Positions 1-9,500 of a DNA stretch of 64,000 nt are shown here, piece by piece (position 1 is the first letter of the stretch; each line of letters opens with the position of its first letter). Position numbers and translations under genes: made by a program. Origin of the DNA: Salisapilia sapeloensis CBS 127946 (Eukaryota > Protista > Oomycota); contig JAADVB010000074.1 of NCBI GenBank assembly GCA_023334545.1, positions 1 through 64,000 on the forward strand, read 5' to 3'. Below the pieces are notes generated by a model, which saw only the letters and a list, made by a program, of their open reading frames with translations, made no database searches and had not been told where the DNA came from.

Positions 1-1455
1 CGCACGCACGCGTTCGAACATCATCGGTAGTCCACGCCACGAGTACTTGCCACTTTCAGGACCAAACATCGGGTGTGTGCAAAGAATACTGGCGCTGGAC
101 GGTAGTTCCTTGAGCAGCGTCTGCTTCGGATGCGTCTTAACCGACAGGACATCCACGACAACGATATTGTCCAGTGCGTTGGCCGGTAGACTTTTCACGA
201 CAGATTCGAACGACAAGATACTGACGCACAAGACGACAACGTCAAGGCCGGAGAAGAAATCGGCGAGTTGAGTCGACGAGTTGTAGAAGGAGCAGCCGAG
301 TTTCGATGCTACGTCCGAATAGTCCGTACGTGACGTTGCTCGGACGTCAAAGTACTTGGTGAATGTTTTCGCGAGGAACTGGCCAAAGTTACCAAAGCCA
401 TAGATACCGACTTTACGGCGTTTCTGAGGCTTGCTAAGCGCATGTGTGGACTGAGAAGTAGCTTTCGGCGTCTCGTCCAACGCATTGACGCTTGCGAGTT
501 TCGAGCGAACGTCAGGTGACAGCGTTCCTTGTGTCGGGTATGAGCCAAGGACATGGACAAAGTTGCATAGTTCACGAAGATGGCGAAGAGCGTTCATGAC
601 ATCTTCGTCGGTCTCGTGCCCGATGACATCGACGTAGAACAAGTAGTTGTACTTGCTTCGGTCGCCATCGAACAGTGGCGAGGCGTTCGAGTAGTCCATG
701 TCCGCAGTTGCGGCACCATACAACCGAGCGGCAGAGTATCCCCACGGACGACTTTCGATCTTTGCCAGATCAATGTCACGTAGAGAGAAGGCCGAAAGAG
801 CCTTATACAACTGTCCTCGCTCGTTCGAACCGACAAAGGAGAACAGAATAGATGTTTTACTCTCTTGGCTACCCTCACGACTCACACTTTCATCTTCCTG
901 CCGCTTGGCAAGAAGGAGGAAGCGCGTAAAGTTAGTCGGATCGTCCTCGAAGTTACGCTGGAGCACTTCGAGACCGTAGTACTCGGCCGCAAGATCGCTT
1001 GCGATCGCAGCCGTAGACGTCGCTTCCGGATGGTCTGCGAGCATCTTGGCGCTGCCAGCTGTGTCATACTCGGTCTTGGAGATCGCACCGATCTGGGCGA
1101 TGGAATGGGCACACTGAGCGAGAGCCTGCGGATGGCTGATGACGGTTTTGACGTCACTGACCGAGACGCCTGGACGAGCTAGTAGTGCATGCTCCACACG
1201 CAGATCCGTTTCACCAATAATATGGAGATCGGGATGAGACAGCATGAGGTCATACGACGCGTGGATACTGCCACCGAGCGAGTTTTCAATCGGGATGACC
1301 GCATACTCTGCGTCTCCGCGAGACACAGCGTCGAATGCTGCTGCAAAGCTGTCTTTGCCTTGGGGCTGTAGCTGAGGAGAGGATCCCAATAGCTGGCGCA
1401 CTGCCTTCTCGGAATATGCGCCAGCCACGCCTTGATACGCTACTCTTATCGCCAT
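1..1455 (-). CDS. Prephenate/arogenate dehydratase (PDT+ACT) fused to prephenate/arogenate dehydrogenase (TyrA); 3' end runs off the window
   Basis: Manual translation of the minus strand from ATG 1455 is open to base 1: MAIRVAYQGVAGAYSE...IPIENSLGGSIH...ISHPQALAQC...NFTRFLLL...DLAKIESRP (PDT/ACT), then KVGIYGFGNFGQFLAKTF...VVDVLSVK...ILCTHPMFGPES (TyrA Rossmann fold). Absent from the ORF track, probably because no stop codon lies in the window. Confidence 0.95.
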   Translation of the reverse strand, partial: MAIRVAYQGVAGAYSEKAVRQLLGSSPQLQPQGKDSFAAAFDAVSRGDAEYAVIPIENSLGGSIHASYDLMLSHPDLHIIGETDLRVEHALLARPGVSVSDVKTVISHPQALAQCAHSIAQIGAISKTEYDTAGSAKMLADHPEATSTAAIASDLAAEYYGLEVLQRNFEDDPTNFTRFLLLAKRQEDESVSREGSQESKTSILFSFVGSNERGQLYKALSAFSLRDIDLAKIESRPWGYSAARLYGAATADMDYSNASPLFDGDRSKYNYLFYVDVIGHETDEDVMNALRHLRELCNFVHVLGSYPTQGTLSPDVRSKLASVNALDETPKATSQSTHALSKPQKRRKVGIYGFGNFGQFLAKTFTKYFDVRATSRTDYSDVASKLGCSFYNSSTQLADFFSGLDVVVLCVSILSFESVVKSLPANALDNIVVVDVLSVKTHPKQTLLKELPSSASILCTHPMFGPESGKYSWRGLPMMFERVRA

Positions 1456-1666
1456 GCCTCCCAATAGATTTGTGAACTGTTTGCCCAATGATTTCCGATA
1501 AATTATCCATTATAGCCATTTTGCACACATTCTTGTGGTCGAAAATCGCAGTCGTCATGTTGAAGTTCAAGTGCACCTGAAGAGAATCAGAGTGAGTGGA
1601 ATCAGAAGCATGTGACGGTCGTTTCATGCTTTTGGTCCTTGCGTCGTAGAGAACGGAGGATTGGAA

Positions 1667-4582
1667 ATGGCGTACGGACCGACGGTAGTGCCGAAAGATG
1701 TCGAGTGTGATAATGAAGCGATTTTAGATGCACTTGCTTCCGGTGCGTTTTATAATGAACGAGGAAGTGTGGATGTTATGAATCGTAACAATCCGAGCCC
1801 ATCGAAAAGCGCACGGGCATCACACGTGGGAGGTCGGATCATGCTAAAAGCGCCGTCCCGTCTGACAAAGCTGTTCTTGTTCGTGGTGAACCCAAAATCG
1901 TCGAAAGCTGCGCAGCTATACAGCTACTTTATTGGTACTGCAGCACTTGCAAGTTGCTTCATGCTCGTCTTGGAAACCTTAGATGGTCCCAACCATGGCA
2001 TGGTGCATCCGGAATACCCGAATTTGCCAACAAAGGAAACCTACTATCTGTCGGAATCGATCTTCACTATCATTTTTACGCTTGAATTACTTGGTCGGAT
2101 GGCCATCTGGCCGTCACTATGGCGTGAGAACGATATCCTCGTTAGTCGAGGTCTGCGACCGTTTTGGAAAGACTGGTTCAACTGGTTCGATCTGCTCGCC
2201 ATTCTACCGTACTATCTCGACTTTCTATTTGGACATTACATCTACCTGGACACCGTTCGTCTAGCTCGTTTGCTTCGTATTTTCAAGCTAGCGCGTAACC
2301 ACTCCAGCACTTATGTACTGCTTGAAGCAATTCGTAATAGTTTAGCTCCTATTTCTGTGGCCCTTATCTTTTTTATGGAAATCGTCTTCTTCTTCTCGGT
2401 CGTGATGTATGTAGTAGATCCCAACCTCGATCGAAGCCAAGCAGGTTTCTCCGATTTGTTATCGTCTAGTTATTTTGTCGTCATCACCGTCGCCACAATC
2501 GGCTATGGAGACATTACGCCTACTCACGGAAATGCCATAGCTCATATTTGTGCTATATTGGCCATTATGATGGGAACGTTTTTCATGTCCATGCCGTTTG
2601 CTATCATCGGTACCGAGTTTGATCGGGCTTGGAAAGATCATATGAAGAAGGAACAACATCTACTACGTCTACAGAATCAACAAATGGGGCTCATGTCTAT
2701 TCATGACGCAACGCCCACACACCGAGATTCGCTGACGAACGAATCTACTCAAATTGTGAACAAGAATGAGGTTTTAGTAAAATACAACGCTCCAAATCGA
2801 CTTTACCTTCGTTTAGCTGGTATGACAGGTGAAGCTTCATTGATGACCCAAGCGCTTGCAGCAGAAGCAGCAGGTGAAGAAGTGAGTTTGAGCAAATTGC
2901 GAGATATTGCGGAGGACGCCCACCATCAACTAACATTGTGTGTCGAGCACTGTCGTGAGCTCGGTCTAATGATAAAAGATATGATCATTCCAACAGCACA
3001 AAAGCAAAAGGAAACTGTTAGTTGGCGCAAGTGGTTGCACACGACTTTAAGTGATCCACAATCATCTCGACTTGCTTGGTGGATATCGCGTTGGATCAAG
3101 TTTACCTGGGTTGGTAGCATGATTCTAATCGGAGTTCAGACGCTCCCAGAAATCCACACGTATGGAGAAGAAACAGCTTTGTGTGAGAGTGTTGTGGAAA
3201 TCTACTGTACTTCCGTCTCGCAACTCACGCCGGAGACGGATCCAGGCTGTTACCAGACTGACTCGCTACAACATTTACTTCGTTTCGATTGCTCTAGTGC
3301 TGAAAAAGAAGTAGATCCCTCATGTTATGGCTTTGGACGTAATTATGGCGGTCGGCAAAGCGATGGACTTATGTGTAACAGCTATGGAGAAATGAAACGC
3401 CAACTGCGTTCACATTTGAACTCAACGAACCGTGATAACTTATCTCTGATGCTCCCCTTCCGACCAGACTATCAACTACCATCTTTTGAGCGTGTCCTTG
3501 GCGTTTGCAAGCGATGGCAGTGCAACAACAAGCATATAACCTACTTGGACTTTGGCATCGGTCACGACGTGATGGAATATCTACTCTTTTTCGCCTTTAT
3601 GTTTGAGCTCGCTGCTTCTCTCTTTGTGACAAATGACTGGCGAGGGTACTTTCGTAATCCATTAGTATTCATCGAGATGGCATCCTTCCTCCCATTTCTA
3701 GTCTATGAATTTCAACGGATCTTCTATGGTATCACCCCGAGGTACATTATACCACCAGGATCGACCGATACACTAACATGCTTGCGCTTGTTTCGAGTCT
3801 TTCGTATCTTCAAGATCCAACAGAATATCCCAGTGACACACGTCATCAGCGATACGATCATTAAAACTTCTTCACGACTAGCAATTCCTTATCTCATGCT
3901 GATACTCGTGTCGACGATGCTTTCGTTTGCAATTTATGAAGTAGAAAAAGGATACGAGTGTTTCTACGGAACGGAATGTATTGTTTTAAACAAGAATGTG
4001 ACGTTCCCAGCATCACTGGATGGTGCGAAAATAGGCAAGCGTTTTCTTGTGAACTTCAAAGGAGAGATCTCACCTTTTAGTGACTTTTTCGCTTCCTTTT
4101 GGTTCATTCTGGTCACGCTGGCAACCGTGGGGTATGGTGACATGGAGCCATCATCAACGACTGGGAAAATGATTGCGGTCATTGCGATGATCTTTGGGGC
4201 ATGCTATACTGCCATGCCTCTAACTTTAGTCGGATCGCAATTCAACAGAAGCTATCGAGATTATAAGCGACGAGAAGCAATGTTACGTACAAAAGCGGAA
4301 GTGAGCAAGCCCTTTGAAGTCATGTCATCCGAATATTTACTATGGCAGTCATTTGCAAAGAATGAAGCATTTGAGCTAGTGGAAAAGAAGGTGCATGGCG
4401 AACTTATACCGTTACTCAAGCAAATGACAGAGACCGATATTGTCTCGGGTTCCGAGCGATTTATTCGTGTCCAAAAACTGACAGCCGAACTCAAGGATGC
4501 CATGTTCCAGCAAAGTGTAGGAACTAGTATTCTAATCGATGTTGCTGTGCTTTTAACCACTTTTGTATATAGCTCGACGTGA
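1667..4582 (+). CDS. Voltage-gated K+ channel-like protein with two tandem 6TM/pore repeats
   Basis: 973 aa ORF (first ATG 1667). Two S4-like segments (VRLARLLRIFKLAR; LRLFRVFRIFK) and two K+ filter motifs (TVATIGYGD; TLATVGYGD). Confidence 0.92.
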   Translation: MAYGPTVVPKDVECDNEAILDALASGAFYNERGSVDVMNRNNPSPSKSARASHVGGRIMLKAPSRLTKLFLFVVNPKSSKAAQLYSYFIGTAALASCFMLVLETLDGPNHGMVHPEYPNLPTKETYYLSESIFTIIFTLELLGRMAIWPSLWRENDILVSRGLRPFWKDWFNWFDLLAILPYYLDFLFGHYIYLDTVRLARLLRIFKLARNHSSTYVLLEAIRNSLAPISVALIFFMEIVFFFSVVMYVVDPNLDRSQAGFSDLLSSSYFVVITVATIGYGDITPTHGNAIAHICAILAIMMGTFFMSMPFAIIGTEFDRAWKDHMKKEQHLLRLQNQQMGLMSIHDATPTHRDSLTNESTQIVNKNEVLVKYNAPNRLYLRLAGMTGEASLMTQALAAEAAGEEVSLSKLRDIAEDAHHQLTLCVEHCRELGLMIKDMIIPTAQKQKETVSWRKWLHTTLSDPQSSRLAWWISRWIKFTWVGSMILIGVQTLPEIHTYGEETALCESVVEIYCTSVSQLTPETDPGCYQTDSLQHLLRFDCSSAEKEVDPSCYGFGRNYGGRQSDGLMCNSYGEMKRQLRSHLNSTNRDNLSLMLPFRPDYQLPSFERVLGVCKRWQCNNKHITYLDFGIGHDVMEYLLFFAFMFELAASLFVTNDWRGYFRNPLVFIEMASFLPFLVYEFQRIFYGITPRYIIPPGSTDTLTCLRLFRVFRIFKIQQNIPVTHVISDTIIKTSSRLAIPYLMLILVSTMLSFAIYEVEKGYECFYGTECIVLNKNVTFPASLDGAKIGKRFLVNFKGEISPFSDFFASFWFILVTLATVGYGDMEPSSTTGKMIAVIAMIFGACYTAMPLTLVGSQFNRSYRDYKRREAMLRTKAEVSKPFEVMSSEYLLWQSFAKNEAFELVEKKVHGELIPLLKQMTETDIVSGSERFIRVQKLTAELKDAMFQQSVGTSILIDVAVLLTTFVYSST

Positions 4583-4940
4583 TGCAAGTGAGTACGATCG
4601 TGAACAAATTACGTCAGGAAGGGATTCGTCTGGCAAAGCAGCAAACCAGGGCACTTCAAAACATTCTTTGAAGAATATAAAGAGACAAATAATCATGTAC
4701 ATGTGTTTGCTTTTATAAAATGAGAGTGCCGATGCATTAAGTGTCCGAGTTGGTTGGTCCATCTCGAGGTTTCCACATCTGTTATTTGCAATTATTTTGG
4801 ACGACCATTATATAGTGTGCATCATATAAGCGGCAGTCGAAAAGATCAGACGCTGGTACTCGTTCGCTTCCTCCGCTTCCTCGATACTAGGACGTTGATC
4901 ATACTCTTCAAACATATTCGAGCATTAAAAATTATTTATC

Positions 4941-6433
4941 ATGGCTGGTTCTACTTTAAGTGGAGGTACAGCAAGTAATGGTCGCTCGACACCAGACGCC
5001 ACGAACGCCGTCTTCCTCATTCGTACGTCCTTTAGATCTAACGATCTGTGACGACTTTCTTACTCTTATACGTTTATATGAATAGTCTTTGGTGTTTTCC
5101 TTGTACTCGCTCTTCTACCAGTGCTCGTTGATGCCTTATGGCGTCTACTGTGGCTTGTCGTTTCCATCGCCTGCATTGCGGTAGCTACGAATCCGTCTGA
5201 CCAGTCCTTTGCTCAATGGCTGCTGAGGCAGCAAGAGAAAGAGGTATCCACCCCATCGAACCAGAGTGTCTCTCAGTGGTTCTCATCCGTCATCCAAACA
5301 GCGATCTCAGCTGTCAAGGATGAACCACCCACTTGGCAATATCATAATGTTTTCCTCTTTACTGTCGTGCAAGTACCCATTCTCCAGCGAGATGCTATTG
5401 GTATCTTTGGTACGTGGTACTGGGCCGATTCGAATCCATACTTAAAGAAATTGTCAACCGCTCCGTTCGTAAAGAAAGTATCTCGAGGTGGCGTCACGTC
5501 TGGTTTGCGTCGATACACCGTGATAGAGTCCGGTAGTCGTCCGGAAGTAAGAAGTAAAAGTGAAAGTTACTCTGGATTGACGGAATCGGCAAGTGGTGAC
5601 TCGAAACGACTTCGAGCTAAAGCTACAAAGGCCAAGGTGGAAGGAGCGTGGAAAGATGCAGCGAAGCTCTTTCAAGACGCTGCTGCCGATGCAGCTTCTG
5701 TTTTCACCAAATCGGACTATGAGCTCCAATCTGCTTACTGCATGGTCGAAGACAGTGACAAGTTCCCAACGCAATCGAGTGCTCCGTACCACAAAGTCCA
5801 GGACACTTGCGAGCAATTAGCTTCCAACGGACATTTCCATGAAGCTGCACAAGGACTAGCTGAATTCGGTCGTCGATTACGACACAAGTTCAAAGAAGAG
5901 AATGTCGCGACAGAGATTGCGAACTTGTATATCCAGGCAAAGGATGTAGCAGAAGCAGGTGGACGTATGCGTGATGCGATTGCATTTGGCGTGCAAGCTG
6001 GAGAAATTTATGCTGAAGTGTCTAAGTGGACGGACGCTCAGACACAGTTTGAGCAAGCAGGATACTTGCAATTAAGAGAAAAGTATGTCGAGTCACTAGA
6101 TGATACGTTTGGCAATGCAGCCTTGTGCAGATTCGCGCTCAAGGACGTGACTGGTGCGAAGAAGTTGGTTGAAAGATATGCAGATCGAGTAGATTCGAAA
6201 GCTTTGTCGAGGGAAATGACGAATTTGCTGGAGAAAGCGTTGCAAGCGTATGAAAGATGGCAACCAGAAGACATTGACGTGGCTTGTCGAGGATTCGAAG
6301 TGCGAAATAAGCTTAAGCAGTGGCAGGTAAGGTACATCAACGTCGTGAGATGATTCCAATTGATAACAATCTTGTATAGTGGCAATGCCTCCGAAATTTC
6401 CAGCGTGCGATTGCTCAAGGAGATTTGCGTTAA
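4941..6433 (+). CDS. Membrane-anchored protein: N-terminal hydrophobic segment + DUF4359-like region + alpha-SNAP-like helical C-terminal domain
   Basis: Proposed exons 4941-5022, 5122-6326, 6380-6433 (GT..AG introns keep the frame). ATNPSDQSF...YHNVFLFTVV...IGIFGTWY resembles DUF4359. AALCRFALKDVTGAKKLVERY...SREMTNLLEKAL resembles the alpha-SNAP C-terminus. Confidence 0.7.
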
Positions 6434-6570
6434 TAACGAGTTGTACCTTGTTGGCACGAGCGTAACGTTAATAAGAACCGATATGGCAGCAGTAACCTAG
6501 CGATCCGTTTCATGATAGTCGTTGGAAAGAATAGTGCACGCATACAAATTTGGATTCAGAACCTAATGTG

Positions 6571-9500
6571 ATGGCGAGGGAAGTGGAATGTCCACTTGGT
6601 TATGATGTGCAGCGTGTGCTGACACTTCCGTTGGCGCTTGTGAATCAACAAGAGTGTGACCGAATACAGGATACAGCAGAGAAGAAGATGGAGATAGCGA
6701 GATATATTAAACCACTACCGGTTGGTGTCTTACCGATCTTTCAGCAGGAACGACCGGGTAGGAGAAGAAGGTATGTGGCATCTCCGACCAATACACCGAG
6801 ATACTTTCGCTGGTCACCGAACAAAACGACGTTAATTGGGACCATTCCGATGCCTCCGATCGCCAAACCAAAGTCGAGATGCAGCATATCTCGAGAGGAT
6901 GGGATCCAAATCGCCATACCACGAGCGATGACAGCACCTGAGGGTGCAAGAAGGCGAGTACTTCCAGGAAAGCTCAAAAGCAAAACACCTAACAGTGGGA
7001 ACGACAAGAGAGGTTTGGCGCCAATCTCCGATGACGAAGCGGTGCAAGCGAGCAAGGACAAGGAAATAAGACAGCCAACGCCGTTGGCAGAACTAGGAAA
7101 GAAAGATTTTTGTTTCAACAAAGACGTCCATCCGTCTGTGCAAACGCAAAAGAGTGAGAAAGACATGAACAATCTACTATTTGGCGAATCAACTAGGTCC
7201 TTGGTTCTAGCCGAGACAAATGCATCACCATTCGAACTAGGTCAAATCGGTGATGAAGGCAGACTTGAAAACATTACAAAGTTTCCCATCCTGCCGACGA
7301 CAGCACCGACAAAAGATCCCAAGATCCCAAGCAAACCCACTGTCGATGCAAGCAAACCCACTGCAGATGTAAGCAAACCCACTGCAGATGTAAGGAAAAC
7401 AATGACAAGGGATAAGCTAGACGAACCTCTTCCCGCTTCACCGGCCAAAGCACCTAGTGGCTCTACCACACTAGTCGAAACACGAGACCCAGTTCCAACC
7501 AAGCAGCTAGCACCGGTTTCACTGTCTGAAAGCTCGAATACCAGCAATTGGAATGAAAATTCATTTGAGTTTCAAGAGCTGCAACGAGAGCCTGAACCAA
7601 AGGTGATTGCACAGCAAGTTCTTCGTGGCAACTTGCTGAGAAAGTATTTGCACTTTGCAAACATTGCGAAGCTTTTGAAAGATAGTGAAGAGCATTTACG
7701 TACGAAAGCTGTGCAAATGATGAATTTAAAGTTAGAGATTGGCGTGTCATCACGGAGCATGTCAGTAACTCCTCATGGCGGCACAAGAAAAAGTGTACAG
7801 GAAGTTGGTGGTAAGAAGGCGCGTATGTCAAGAAAATCGACTTTTGTGAAAAAGGCTGGAGGCGCAAAGGGTTCGCAAGGCTCCTCACCTGCAGTGGAAG
7901 TTCAAAATGCGACCCAGAGTGTTTCCAATAGCTCTCGTGATCCACAAGTGATGAACAAATCTAGTAATGACAGGAAACAGACCCCGATCATTGATGATTT
8001 TATGGCCGAGTGGGAAGATGGCACGTGGGAAGATGAAGAGCTGGATATAAATGGCTTTCATGTCGATCCAAATGCTACACAATTGCTACGAATCTGTCGT
8101 CAAGTCATTGCAAAGCGTGCAGCTTATTCTCACCATCAACAGCATTCGTCACTGATTGAAGTGTTGGAAAAGTCATTAGTTGATAGCATTTACATCCATC
8201 ACAATGCACTACTACACAGAGCAGTGGAACAAATGAATAGTCAAGTACAAGAGTCTATCAAGGGGTATTTATCAACATGCGACTACACAAAGACACTGAA
8301 TAACTTATTTGCAGATGCCCTCGAAGCAGAGGTACAGAGAAAATGGAAACGAGCAATTTTGCTGGCATCAGCATGTGCTGTGATGGATCATTCATTCGTC
8401 CAAGCAAACTTGCTTCGGGCTCGCTGCTGCAGGCGTCTTGGATTATGGCGTCAAGCGATTCAAGACCTAGGAAACGTAGTAACCCAGCATTCCTCTAACT
8501 GCCAAGTCCATTTGCTTCGAGCTTGTCTTCATGCCAAGTCAAACAACTTAGATAAAGCTCTTATGGACGTGAATCGTACTCTTGCGCTTCATCCTCAGTA
8601 CTTGGAGGCACTTTTATTGCGAGCAGACATTTACCAGAGAAAGCGATCCACTGCAGCTTCACTTCAGGACCTTACAACTGCGCTTACATTAGACCCGAAT
8701 TGCTGGAGAGCTTATTATGATCGAGGAATGATGCGTTTAAAGGCTGTGGAAGGAGATGAGGACAGCTTGGTATATCACTGGGAACATGCAACCTACGGAC
8801 AATTGTTAACTAGCATCATTGAAGATTTCCTTGCTGCCGTCAAGAAGGGATGTACAATGGTTGAAGTGGTTGAAATAGTGGGCGACCTAGCCATTCGACT
8901 ATACGAATTTACAGGCGATCCGACTATCATCAAGCAAATGATCACATCAACGTCTGAATTGCTGCACCATCTGAGCTCTGGGCGGCAGAGCTCATTCGTC
9001 AATCAGAAGGAAAAGAGCCCTGATTTGGACATTACCTGTGAAGAGGCTCTGAGAGCAGCCTTGTTGGTTCAGCGAGGACGGATGCATGCTTTGTTAAATG
9101 ATTTTGTGAACGCTATTTCCAACTTTGACGATGCTGTGGTGAGTGACTACAGATACGCTATTGCACACATGTTTCGCGGGGCCATTGCATCCTTACAGGC
9201 ACTTGATCGTGATGATAGTGCTTTAAATGCCAATATTCAGCATTTAAATCGATGTATCACCATTGATCCGACTGTGACCGGTGCATATGCTGTTCGAGGA
9301 GCTTTGCTGCTGCATAAGCTTCATTTCCATAGCGCTCTACAAGACTTTAAAGCTGCCGTTGCATCCGATCCAACGCTGTCGGAGGTTTGGCTCCAAATCG
9401 CGATGATATACTTAAACCATTATCACGATGCAGCCGAGTGTATCAAAGCCTGTTCGAATGCATTAACGGCTGACTCGACATTACCACGAGTGCTATTCAT

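Noticed and set aside
47-1627. Short ORF-track entries on both strands (47-271, 309-575, 594-878, 865-1182, 1189-1371, 1286-1627 and others)
   Set aside because: Off-frame or antisense shadows of the PDT-TyrA gene, whose true frame is open from 1455 to 1.
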